The notes: a model not told the origin generated them from the letters alone. A DNA stretch of 22,456 nt from Leptolyngbyaceae cyanobacterium (GCA_050331235.1 JBHJHA010000045.1:1-22456); one strand, 5' to 3'; numbered from the stretch's first letter, positions 6,680-16,217 are shown. A program made the numbers and translations.

Positions 6680-8178
6680 GGCTCTGGCTGACCTGCTTCG
6701 GTGGCATTCTCGGCAGATGGTGTCGGTGGTTTGGGCGGTTGCTTGAGATGGGAGAAGCATCGCTCCACTAACTGCGCAAACACGCCGTTGACTAGTTCCT
6801 CATTGATGGCATATTCGCCCTCAAGGCTATTAGCTTCCCAGCGCCAAGTGGGCAGGTGACCCAGGGGTGCTTGTAGATTAAACTGCAGGTCCCGATAGGC
6901 TTTGCGCCGAGTTAGCAGATTGACACCGCCAAGGCCAACACCAGATGCCCACTCAACAGCGGCGAGAAATTCATTCGCCTGGCGATCGTGTTGCACATAT
7001 ACCTGGTGCTGAGCTGTGAAGCCAAATTTGCCCTGGCTGTAGCTTGACCACAGCTGGTCTAACGTTTGTAGATCAACACAGTGCAGCCGCAAGATGGCGC
7101 TATCGGTAAGGGGGCGCATGTCTTGACTGAGGGCGGAGAGCAGTAGTCTTTCGGTTTCTTGGTCAGCGGCCTCCCACTGATGGAGCCAGAGCAGATGCCG
7201 CAGCCGCGTGTAGTCGAGATGGAGGGCGGAGTCAATGGGGCCATAGCGTTCGTCGACGGTTTCTCGCTCGATCGCGCGTATAAGTTCTCGATCCAGTTCC
7301 CAGATCCGCCGGGCCTGCTCCAGCCGACCGCGGTCAAACTCGTTGGGATAAGGGCTATGGGCGATCGCGCTGGCAAACTCTTGGCGATACTGTTCCGCAT
7401 GGTTTTGCTGAGCGACCACATGTTGTTGAGGTGTTTTGTCTTTGGGCTCGGGCGGTGGTTCGGGATCGGGATTCTCAGGGGGCTGGCGCTTCGTGATTTC
7501 AGCTTCGTGGATGGGGGCCACATCAGCGGCAGAGAGATGGAGTGACTCACGCAGTCGCTGTAGTTCTATTTCAGTCGTGTCGTCTAGAGGGGGAGCATGG
7601 CGATCAAGCTCGGCGTCGAGGACTTCTCGATATTTATCTAGCTTGGCCTGGCGATCACGATAGGGGCCGAGGGCCCGGTTAATCATCTGCTCGGCCGCTT
7701 CTGGGTCTAAGTTCAACCGGTAGCACAGCAAGTCCAAATTGGCGCGCTCCACCGGCGATATCTCTCCCTCGCGCATGGCGTAGGTGGCGGCGCGGGCTTG
7801 AAATACCTGCCGGGCGGGTAAAATCGTGTCAACGACGGGGCATAATCCTAGCAACTCCTCTCCAGTAGCGGTTTGGATTTGCACTCGCAGTCGGCCTATC
7901 TCACAGGTGAGGCGGATGCTGGTGCCTTGGGTGGTAAGGCGATCACTAATATCCTGCAGCCAAATTTCTAAATATTCTGGTCGCGGCATCCTGACTTCTA
8001 AGCCGTAGAGGGTGTTTCCCTGGCTGCGGTCGCGAAGCGGGGTGATTTGGTCTGTCGGCGTTAGGTCAAGCTGACTGAGATCATCCCAAAAAGTCTGCAC
8101 TGTGCGATCGCGGTCGGCCACACTCAGTGTTTTATCAACGACTTGTAAAATCACTCGACTCGATTTGGCAATCTCCAC
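6676..8178 (-). CDS. Multidomain protein: EACC1-like N-terminus, three helical repeats, C-terminal GUN4 domain
   Basis: ORF 6676..8277; probable start GTG 8178 downstream of AGAGGAG. GUN4 motifs LDYTRLRHLL..WEAADQET, DLQTLDQLWSSYSQGKFGF and APLGHLP. The GUN4 call is secure; the N-terminal call is tentative. Confidence 0.8.
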   Translation of the reverse strand: MEIAKSSRVILQVVDKTLSVADRDRTVQTFWDDLSQLDLTPTDQITPLRDRSQGNTLYGLEVRMPRPEYLEIWLQDISDRLTTQGTSIRLTCEIGRLRVQIQTATGEELLGLCPVVDTILPARQVFQARAATYAMREGEISPVERANLDLLCYRLNLDPEAAEQMINRALGPYRDRQAKLDKYREVLDAELDRHAPPLDDTTEIELQRLRESLHLSAADVAPIHEAEITKRQPPENPDPEPPPEPKDKTPQQHVVAQQNHAEQYRQEFASAIAHSPYPNEFDRGRLEQARRIWELDRELIRAIERETVDERYGPIDSALHLDYTRLRHLLWLHQWEAADQETERLLLSALSQDMRPLTDSAILRLHCVDLQTLDQLWSSYSQGKFGFTAQHQVYVQHDRQANEFLAAVEWASGVGLGGVNLLTRRKAYRDLQFNLQAPLGHLPTWRWEANSLEGEYAINEELVNGVFAQLVERCFSHLKQPPKPPTPSAENATEAGQPEP

Positions 8179-8709
8179 CCCAGACAATACTCCTCTAAAG
8201 CATTGAAACTCTGGATTATCTGTAAGTTTTCGACTAAGGATACCTCCTGACATCGACTTTAGACAGATATTTGACAATTGCGGGTTATTTGCCGCGACCG
8301 CAGGGAATGATGGTTGGTCTGAGGCCTATACGGTGGTACCGCTATGCGCTAGGTACTGAAAACTCGGTGATAGTTGCTAGCCTTGTCCGGGCGCAAAGTT
8401 GCACATATGGAAAACATTCATAAATGCTGGCCAAGTCGTCAAAACTCTTGCACTACACTGGTGTGAGTTTGCTCAGAGACCTACTCAAATGGGCGAGCGA
8501 TTTACCTACTCCGGTTTATCCGTAGGTTCACGGTGATCGCCCAGGTGGGAACGCTATAGATGAAACAAATGTCAAACGCTAAAGCTTAATATCCCAGGCT
8601 TATTCTTGGCTTGGTGAAATCTTGGGTCTCGTTATAAATCGGTTGACCCAGGGTAATCTTGAACGTTGAAAGCTCCAATCTTAATCACACACTTATTTAT
8701 CCCAAGGGT

Positions 8710-11682
8710 ATGACAGCCACTTCTCAGTCGCTGCAGCGCACACTCTCTCAACTTGCCCCGTTTGACCAACTGCCAGGGACGGCGATCGCCAGCCTCACCC
8801 AAGGGGGGCAACTGCTGCGATATCGGATCGGACAGCCAATTGTGCGACCAGAAGCGCTGCCTCAGCTCGTACTCATTACTGAGGGGCAAGCTCGCTTGTT
8901 GGGAGAAGATCCCCGCACGGACAAACCTGTGACGCTGCAGTTATTGAGCCAAGGGGCGCTGCTGGGAGTGGTCGGGATGCTGCGCGGACAGCCCTGCGAA
9001 ACGGTTATCGCTTCTTCTGAAGTCATCGGCCTCCAGTTCTCCATGGCCGCATTTCAACAAACGATGGAGAGTCATCCGGAGTTTGCTAGAGCCATTCGCG
9101 ATCGCCTCTATCTGGCTGAAGTGTTTGATCTACTCGCGCGCCAAATTGATGATCAGGCTCAAGACGTGGGTGATTTGGTGCAGCTCACCAAGCGATCGCA
9201 CGAAACCGGCGTGGTCCAGTATTTGCCCTATGGCAAACGTCCCCTCAATCTACAAAAGGGCGACCTGACCTGGTTTGTCAGCAGCGGCACCATCATCAAC
9301 CAGCCCATGGGCAGTCAGCTCAACCTAGATTGGGCCGGTAATGAACTGGATGTTATTAGTCCCCAAGGGGCACGGCTGGTGGGGCTACCAGATTTGCCCA
9401 TGCTGGCCCCTGCTACCCCAGCACCGCAAAATGGCCATGCAGCGACCCCGACTGAGACCGACGACCGTGGGGCGATTCCCTATGCTCCAGAGCACCTTCC
9501 GGAGCCCGAGCCCGAGCCGGCAAGCATCAGCACCGACTATCCGTTCGTGCGGGGTAAGGGTGAAGTGGAAGGCATGCTGGCCTGTATGGAAATGGTTAGC
9601 CAGCATTTTGGTATGCCGTTTCGGCGAGATATCATTCGGCGGATTTTGACCAACCAGCGCGCTCGGCTAGGGCAACTCTCGTTGCCATTGGCAGGCAAAG
9701 TTGCCGAGTTTATGGGCCTCCGTACGCAAATGACGAAGGTGCCGGTCAATGCCATCAGCCGCCTGCCGACTCCGGCCCTGATTAGCTGGCAAGAGGGCTA
9801 TGCCATTCTCTACGAGACCAATGCTAAGGCGCGGATCTTAGCTGTCCCCGAGGTGGGGATCATTCAGCGATCGCCGATTGAATTTGAGGAAACCTGGGGC
9901 GACGAAGGCGAAGTCTTACTGCTGGAAAAAACCCGAGAGACGCCACAGGAGCGCTTTGGCCTCAGCTGGTTTATCCCCTCGCTAAAAAAGTATCGCTGGG
10001 TGCTGGTCGAGGTTCTGATTGCCTCCTTCTTCGTGCAGCTTTTTGGGTTGGCCAATCCCTTGATGGTGCAGGTCATCATCGACAAGGTGATTGTGCAAAA
10101 CAGCACTGATACGCTGCAGGTTTTGGGCGTTTTTCTGCTGATTATCGCTATCTTTGAGGCGGTGCTCACCGCCCTGCGGACCTACCTGTTTGTCGATACC
10201 ACGAACCGGATCGACATGGCACTGGGGACCGAAATCATCGATCACTTATTGAGACTACCGCTGCGTTATTTCGATAAGCGCCCCGTCGGCGAGCTCTCCA
10301 GCCGGGTAAATGAACTGGAGAATATCCGCAAGTTTCTTACCGGTACTGCCCTCACCGTGGTGTTAGACGCCGTCTTCTCGGTACTCTACATCGTGGTGAT
10401 GTTCATCTACAGTTGGCTGTTGACGCTGGTTGCCCTCGCGACGATTCCGCTGTTTGTCTTTTTGACCGTGCTAGTCGCTCCCATTGTGCGACGGCAGCTA
10501 CGACTCAAAGCCGAGCGCAATGCCTCGACTCAGTCTTATTTGGTGGAGGCACTGTCGGGCATTCAAACCGTCAAGGCCCAAAACATCGAGCTACGCACCC
10601 GCTGGCAGTGGCAAGAACGCTATGCCAGTTATGTCAGTGCCGGCTTTAACACCGTGCTTACGTCAACCACGGCGGGTGCAGCTAGCAACTTTTTGAATAA
10701 GCTGTCGGCGCTTTTGGTGTTGTGGGTAGGCGCTTACCTCGTTTTGCAGGGCGAACTGAGTCTGGGTCAGCTGATTGCTTTCCGGATTATTTCGGGCTAT
10801 GTGACTGCGCCGATTTTGCGTCTAGCTCAGCTTTGGCAAAACTTCCAAGAGACTGCCCTGTCATTGGAGCGTTTGAGCGATATTTTGGATCATCCCTGTG
10901 AGGCTGAGGAGCAGGGACGTAACCAGATTCAGATGCCCGATATTCAGGGCACGGTGCGATACGAAAACGTTGCTTTTCGATTTGCGCCATCGGGACCGTT
11001 GCAATTGGTCAACATCAATCTCGAGTTTCCCGCTGGCGAGTTTGTGGGTATTGTGGGGCAAAGCGGTTCTGGCAAAAGCACCCTGATGAAGCTGCTACCA
11101 CGGCTCTATGAAATTGAGTCCGGGCGCATCTTGATTGACAAATACGACATCGGTAAAGTGGAGCTCTATTCGCTGCGGCAGCAGGTCGGAATTGTCCCCC
11201 AAGACAGTCTGCTGTTTGAAGGTACCATTCAGGACAATATCTCCTTAACGCGGCCAGAGGCCGATACGGAAGCCATTATTTGGGCCGCTAAAATTGCTTG
11301 TGCCCATGAGTTTATTATGGATTTGCCGCTGGGATATAACACCCGAGTTGGTGAGCGCGGTTCCTCTCTATCGGGAGGGCAGCGACAGCGGATCGCGATC
11401 GCCCGCACGATTTTGCATAATCCTCGTCTGTTGATTCTAGATGAGGCCACTAGTGCCCTGGACTATGACACCGAAAAGCAGGTGTGCAACAACCTCAAAG
11501 AATGGTCAACGGGACGTACGGTATTTTTTATTACTCACCGTCTCAGCACAATTCAAGATTCCGACACTATTCTGGTAATGGATCGCGGGGCCGCGGTCGA
11601 ACAAGGAACCCATGGCGAACTCATGGATCTCCGAGGCCGCTATTACACCCTTTATCAGCAACAGATTCATACCCCTGAGTAA
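8710..11682 (+). CDS. hlyB: Type I secretion permease/ATPase, HlyB family (cNMP-binding domain, C39-like domain, ABC TM, ABC ATPase)
   Basis: ORF 8659..11682; likely ATG 8710. Walker A GQSGSGKST, signature LSGGQRQR, Walker B LILDEATSALD, H-loop ITHRL. TM region QVIIDKV...HLLRLPLRYF. cNMP-like N-terminus. Confidence 0.92.
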   Translation: MTATSQSLQRTLSQLAPFDQLPGTAIASLTQGGQLLRYRIGQPIVRPEALPQLVLITEGQARLLGEDPRTDKPVTLQLLSQGALLGVVGMLRGQPCETVIASSEVIGLQFSMAAFQQTMESHPEFARAIRDRLYLAEVFDLLARQIDDQAQDVGDLVQLTKRSHETGVVQYLPYGKRPLNLQKGDLTWFVSSGTIINQPMGSQLNLDWAGNELDVISPQGARLVGLPDLPMLAPATPAPQNGHAATPTETDDRGAIPYAPEHLPEPEPEPASISTDYPFVRGKGEVEGMLACMEMVSQHFGMPFRRDIIRRILTNQRARLGQLSLPLAGKVAEFMGLRTQMTKVPVNAISRLPTPALISWQEGYAILYETNAKARILAVPEVGIIQRSPIEFEETWGDEGEVLLLEKTRETPQERFGLSWFIPSLKKYRWVLVEVLIASFFVQLFGLANPLMVQVIIDKVIVQNSTDTLQVLGVFLLIIAIFEAVLTALRTYLFVDTTNRIDMALGTEIIDHLLRLPLRYFDKRPVGELSSRVNELENIRKFLTGTALTVVLDAVFSVLYIVVMFIYSWLLTLVALATIPLFVFLTVLVAPIVRRQLRLKAERNASTQSYLVEALSGIQTVKAQNIELRTRWQWQERYASYVSAGFNTVLTSTTAGAASNFLNKLSALLVLWVGAYLVLQGELSLGQLIAFRIISGYVTAPILRLAQLWQNFQETALSLERLSDILDHPCEAEEQGRNQIQMPDIQGTVRYENVAFRFAPSGPLQLVNINLEFPAGEFVGIVGQSGSGKSTLMKLLPRLYEIESGRILIDKYDIGKVELYSLRQQVGIVPQDSLLFEGTIQDNISLTRPEADTEAIIWAAKIACAHEFIMDLPLGYNTRVGERGSSLSGGQRQRIAIARTILHNPRLLILDEATSALDYDTEKQVCNNLKEWSTGRTVFFITHRLSTIQDSDTILVMDRGAAVEQGTHGELMDLRGRYYTLYQQQIHTPE

Positions 11683-11759
11683 AATCGGTTCGCTGACTCA
11701 ATTGTTTCAGTCCGTGATGTTTTCCCTATTAGGGCTTCGATTTACTGCGAGGACGACCT

Positions 11760-13325
11760 ATGCCCCCCGGATCGCGCATTTCTCATAATGGTCAACTGCA
11801 AAACGGCCATACTCCCAACGGGCGATCGCAAAATGGCCACTTGCCCCCGCCTCCATCCCCAAAATCTCCGGCCTCGCCAAGTCCAGGGTTTGAGCGCCCG
11901 GTCATTCTCCGTCAGTCGCCCCGGTGGGCCCGTTATGTTGTCTGGGGCATTGTGGGCGTCACCGTAGGCACAGTGACTTGGGCCTGCCTTGCCAAAATCG
12001 AAGATGCGATTCCGGCCCAGGGCAAGCTAGAGCCTCAGGGAGTAGTGCAGCCGGTACAGGCACCGGTGGGCGGTGTTGTTGATGAGATCTTGGTAAATGA
12101 AGGCGAGCAGGTCGAGCAGGGGGATGTCCTCGTCAAGCTTGATCCCAAGGCGACCCAAGCTCAGCTTAAGTCGCTGGAGGATGTCCAGGAAAGCCTAATT
12201 GAAGAAAACCAATATTATCGCTCCCAATTGAGTCCGTCCCCTGACCCCGAGGGAGCGCCCCTGGGCGTTTCCCCTGAGGTGACGCGGCTCACGAGCAACC
12301 GAGTTGCACTGATCGAAGAAAACGAACTCTATCGAGCGATTCTCCGAGGCGATATTGATGCGACGGGCCTTTCTCCTCGGCAGCGAGAGCGGGTCGAGAC
12401 CTCTCTGGGAGACATCAGCTCGCAAATCGCCATCAATCAACTCGAAATCGAGCAGCTCAGCAAACAGCTTGATCAGGTGAATACACAACTTGCCAATGCG
12501 GTCCAAGCTTTGAGCGTAGAGCAAGAAATTTACGGTCGCATTGAGCCTCTACTGGAACAAGGGGGCATCTCGGAGCTACAGGGACTGCGACAACAACAGG
12601 AAGTCAATAACCGCCAAACAGAGGTCTCGAGCCTGCGAGAAGAGCAGCAGCGCCTCAGGCTAGCCATTGATCAAGCGCGGGAAGAACTGCGTCGCACTTC
12701 AGTGGTGTCCAGTGAAGAACTGCTAGAGCGCATTGCGGCCAACGACAACCAAATAGCCAATATTGATAGCCAGTTAACCAAAGTTGTTGTTGATAACGAA
12801 AAACAACTCGAAGAAATTGAAGGCCAAATCAGCCAACTGCGCTTTGCCCTCGAAAATCAAGAACTGCGGGCCCCTCTTGATGGTCAAGTGTTTAACCTGC
12901 AAGCCAATCAGCCTGGCTACGTGGCCAATGCTACGGAGCCAATTTTAGAAATCGTTCCCAACGATACCCTAGTGGCTCGGGTCTTTATCACCAACAGCGA
13001 CATTGGCTTTGTAACCCAACAGTTTGACCAAGACGATGAACTCAAGGTAGACGTCCGCATCGACTCTTTCCCCTTTAGCGAGTTTGGTGATGTTGAAGGC
13101 ACCGTTGTTCACATTGGGTCTGATGCACTGCCCCCAGACGAAGTCAATCCTTTCTATCGATTTCCCGCAGAAATTGAACTAGAAGCCCAGCAGCTAGGCG
13201 AAGCGTTGCCGCTACAGTCTGGAATGTCGGTTACGGCGAATATCAAGCTACGGAAGCGTAGGGTGATTACGATTTTGAGAGATTTATTTGTACGCAAAAT
13301 AGATAGCCTCCGTTCAGGTGGCTAA
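11760..13325 (+). CDS. hlyD: HlyD-family membrane fusion (periplasmic adaptor) protein
   Basis: Single TM, AQGKLEP, VQAPVGGVV..V.EGEQVEQGDVL lipoyl half-motif, long coiled coil, LRAPLDGQV, FPFSEFG and LQSGMSVTANI. Directly downstream of hlyB. Confidence 0.92.
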   Translation: MPPGSRISHNGQLQNGHTPNGRSQNGHLPPPPSPKSPASPSPGFERPVILRQSPRWARYVVWGIVGVTVGTVTWACLAKIEDAIPAQGKLEPQGVVQPVQAPVGGVVDEILVNEGEQVEQGDVLVKLDPKATQAQLKSLEDVQESLIEENQYYRSQLSPSPDPEGAPLGVSPEVTRLTSNRVALIEENELYRAILRGDIDATGLSPRQRERVETSLGDISSQIAINQLEIEQLSKQLDQVNTQLANAVQALSVEQEIYGRIEPLLEQGGISELQGLRQQQEVNNRQTEVSSLREEQQRLRLAIDQAREELRRTSVVSSEELLERIAANDNQIANIDSQLTKVVVDNEKQLEEIEGQISQLRFALENQELRAPLDGQVFNLQANQPGYVANATEPILEIVPNDTLVARVFITNSDIGFVTQQFDQDDELKVDVRIDSFPFSEFGDVEGTVVHIGSDALPPDEVNPFYRFPAEIELEAQQLGEALPLQSGMSVTANIKLRKRRVITILRDLFVRKIDSLRSGG

Positions 13326-13349
13326 AGCTGAGTAAACGACAATAAAGAA

Positions 13350-13438
13350 CGGAAGCGGAGGGATTCGAACCCTCGAGGGAGGTTACCCCCCCTACCTCCT
13401 TAGCAGGGAGGCGCTTTCAACCGCTCAGCCACGCTTCC
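13350..13438 (-). tRNA. trnS: tRNA-Ser(GCU)
   Basis: Minus strand GGAAGCG...CCTCC-CT-GCT-AA-GGAGG, long variable arm, GGTTCGAATCC, CGCTTCC-G. 89 nt; CCA not encoded. Confidence 0.96.
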
Positions 13439-13464
13439 AAGGAGTTTTTTACAATCGTTTGGTC

Positions 13465-13493
13465 ATTATAGCCCTGGATTGTCCACAGCGTAA
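13465..13493 (-). promoter_or_regulatory. Probable sigma70-type promoter of tRNA-Ser
   Basis: Perfect TATAAT on the minus strand (13465-13470), 26 bp before the tRNA 5' end. A weak -35 (TTACGC, 13488-13493) lies at 17-bp spacing. Confidence 0.6.
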
Positions 13494-13593
13494 CCCCTAC
13501 AACCAAACAATCTAATAGGACTTGTCGGACTTGCAGCCCATCCACTAGCCGCAATGATTGGACTCAATCGAGGAGCCGTGTCAGGAGCTATGA

Positions 13594-14226
13594 CTACATC
13601 CCGTGTGCAGTTGTTGACGATCGCTCAGCAGTAACTGGATTCATCAGTAATCCGGCGACGGCTGAGAGCGATCGCTCATCGGACACCATTAAAGGATGCG
13701 TCAAAATTGGTAGCTGCACCATCTTGCCCACCGATAGTTGGGAGCTGTTGGCGGGCAGGATCATCAAATCATAGGGCGTCCAAATCGAAATAAACTCGAT
13801 CTGCCTTAGCTCATCCACCGTACTGTTGAGATCTTTAAGGAATGCGCTATTGGGCCGCATTTGGCTAGCTCCAAGGTTGGCCCGCAGGTAACCCGTCCAA
13901 GTGCCGTTATGGGGAGAAGATAGGGTGATAAAGCGCCGTACCCGGTGAAGCCCCCCCAACCGCTGCACGTAATATCGCCCAACCATGCCGCCCATGCTAA
14001 AGCCCACGATGTCTATAAACGGCGCATCGGGTAGAAATTGCTCAATATAGTAACGCACTTGTTCAGCGAGAGAATCTAATCCAGCATCTCCATTATTCGG
14101 CGATAGGTTGAGGGTGTGAATAGTGGAACAGCCGAGCCTGCCCAAATAGGCCTTCATTTTGTCAAAAATGGCGATCGTGTCATCGATGCCATGGAGCAGC
14201 AAGATGGGGGATGTATGGGGGGCCAT
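13594..14226 (-). CDS. Lipase/esterase (alpha/beta hydrolase)
   Basis: LLLHGI oxyanion region, nucleophile elbow GFSMGG, SPHNGT, Asp in YDLMI, His in LTHPLM. ATG 14226 (TTG 14232 is an alternative). Confidence 0.9.
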   Translation of the reverse strand: MAPHTSPILLLHGIDDTIAIFDKMKAYLGRLGCSTIHTLNLSPNNGDAGLDSLAEQVRYYIEQFLPDAPFIDIVGFSMGGMVGRYYVQRLGGLHRVRRFITLSSPHNGTWTGYLRANLGASQMRPNSAFLKDLNSTVDELRQIEFISIWTPYDLMILPANSSQLSVGKMVQLPILTHPLMVSDERSLSAVAGLLMNPVTAERSSTTAHGM

Positions 14227-14329
14227 AGGCAAGCAGTCTCCAGCCTTCTCATATCAATCTTATTTATAAGATACGAACTGGCAACGGCACTGGCAGCTCT
14301 ATTGTGACAGTTTTATGGACGAAATTTGA

Positions 14330-15715
14330 TTAGGTATCCTCAGACTCACTCTCAGGTGGTGTGGCTGATAAGTCTGGGTCTTGCGACGATACCATTCTGG
14401 AAAAGATTCGGCAGGCTTCGATTTCTTCTGTGGTCCACTGGCGCTGAAAGCCACTGCTATCAACGGGATCACGTTTGGGTGCAATCAGGTTGTACTCAAT
14501 ATTTTCGGTGTGAATCGCAAAAGTGACTTGGAAAACCTCTAAAAAATTGATCACCCAGTTGCACTGTTCTCGGGGAAATTGCTCATAGTACTGAATGAGA
14601 TCGGCAATTCGGGCTTCTAAATAATGATGTGAGCTTTTGGCAATGAGGACAACCTTCAGTAAAAGGATTGCCAGTAAAAGCGAGCTACTCTGTGACAGCA
14701 GTAGGGTAAATAACGGTGATGGCGATCGCTGGTCCTCTGTCATTAATGAGTCGATGACCCGGTTACAGGTGCGGAGCTGCAAGGAAGGATCAATGGGGTC
14801 GTTGTCATGTTCGACATACAAGTGACTCAATTTTTGTCCCAAATGTTGTCGCAGCGTTTTGACAACTTCGGGTTGCTGCATCGAGTAGGTTAGATATTCA
14901 ATTAGACTTTTTTTGTAGCTGCCATAGTTGAGATCTTTGACCTGCTCTAAAAATAGGTTGGCTAAGCTTTTGTAGCCGTACTGTCCTTTACGAGCCACGA
15001 TCGCCTTAATTAATCGCAAAACGCCATCGCCAAGGACGGTCGGATTTTTAAGATCTTTTCGCCCCTTCACCGAATAGTCTTGAGAGTGGGCTGTGTACAT
15101 TGCCAAATCCATCTTGTATTGGTCTTTGAGCTTACGCGACAGAGATCGGGCAGCTTCTCGCTGCTCCACTGGATTGTCGGTATTGATGTACTGCTGAATT
15201 AGTAAGTAGGAAGTGTAACGGGAAGACCACTGGGACTCCGTTTCGGTAAACCTTGAAGCAAACAGTTGAAGCTCTTGGAAATCGCTGCTTTCGATAAAGT
15301 TGCGAATCCAGTTGCGCAAGCGCTTGAGGGTCGGTGAAACCGTATATCTCGTCAGGGTAGAACTGTCGAATAGTTCAACTAGCGCTTGAATAGAGGCATA
15401 TTGACGAGCAACTTCCCAGTTGTTGATCAGAATATAACAGGAGCGCTTCAGGGTATTGTGGAACTCTTTTTCGTCATTGCTAAACAGAAGCACATAAATG
15501 GCAGAAGAGACATCAGTACTAGCAGTTTCTCCATATTCAAAAAAGAGTTGTTCAAATTGGAGCAGAACCTCTGCCGGGTCCCATTGCTTAACGATGCTCA
15601 ATAGAAAACTGAAAATATTTTCCTGAGCTTCGCTAAGGGTCATTGTCGACCTTGAAAAGCGCTCAGAGTTAGTATCTTGGCGATGTTCCGACACGAAATT
15701 TGCAACCCTTGCCAT
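14330..15715 (-). CDS. Hypothetical protein (cyanobacterial-type, predicted all-helical)
   Basis: 461-aa ATG-started ORF. It resembles an uncharacterised cyanobacterial family (LKRSCYILINNW; RYTSYLL; EQREAAR). No catalytic motif recognised. Confidence 0.8.
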   Translation of the reverse strand: MARVANFVSEHRQDTNSERFSRSTMTLSEAQENIFSFLLSIVKQWDPAEVLLQFEQLFFEYGETASTDVSSAIYVLLFSNDEKEFHNTLKRSCYILINNWEVARQYASIQALVELFDSSTLTRYTVSPTLKRLRNWIRNFIESSDFQELQLFASRFTETESQWSSRYTSYLLIQQYINTDNPVEQREAARSLSRKLKDQYKMDLAMYTAHSQDYSVKGRKDLKNPTVLGDGVLRLIKAIVARKGQYGYKSLANLFLEQVKDLNYGSYKKSLIEYLTYSMQQPEVVKTLRQHLGQKLSHLYVEHDNDPIDPSLQLRTCNRVIDSLMTEDQRSPSPLFTLLLSQSSSLLLAILLLKVVLIAKSSHHYLEARIADLIQYYEQFPREQCNWVINFLEVFQVTFAIHTENIEYNLIAPKRDPVDSSGFQRQWTTEEIEACRIFSRMVSSQDPDLSATPPESESEDT

Positions 15716-15791
15716 GAAAATATCTGCTACCTAGAAAGCCTTTATGCACGACATAATCGGTATTGCCTGATAGCGTGCTAATCGTCACACA

Positions 15792-15807
15792 CCCTACGTA
15801 CGTAGGG
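15792..15807. promoter_or_regulatory. Perfect 16-bp palindrome, candidate operator
   Basis: CCCTACGTACGTAGGG is its own reverse complement and lies about 77 bp upstream of ATG 15715. Confidence 0.45.
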
Positions 15808-16217
15808 CTATCATACTAGACCCCTGCCCGAACTAAATCGGTCATTGTCAGTAGATACCACGAACTAAAGATGCAACAGCTTCTTCAGTTTGAGTTCGAC
15901 TAATTCCGCTTGGGACTGCCAAAAATGGGCAGACATTTGGTGACCGCTACGTAATTGACCCATTTATTGGGCACTGAGAGCCACAGAGTCATTGATTAGA
16001 GATTAACAATTTGCAATTTATAGAGGGGCCGCGATCGCTGGCTAGCTAGTTTTTGGCAAACGAAATTAGAGGCTATCGTTCCATAAGCAAACTATTTACG
16101 GAGCGATGAATGATGCTGTAGATGCGGTACCCGCAGGATTCATTAAAAGCCAAAACTGTGGAATCTACGCAAGACTCCTCAATAACGTTATTATCTGCAA
16201 CCAATTTTTTCAATCTA

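Noticed and set aside
6680..6760. N-terminal extension of the small GUN4 ORF
   Set aside because: It overlaps the upstream gene by about 80 bp; the ATGA-coupled start at 6679 fits the domain boundary.
8520..8533. Imperfect palindrome CCGTAGGTTCACGG in the divergent promoter region
   Set aside because: It is short and imperfect and matches no regulator consensus I can name.
8710..13325. Bacteriocin/RiPP maturation cluster
   Set aside because: The C39 catalytic residues are absent, and no double-glycine/Nif11 precursor or modifying enzyme lies nearby.
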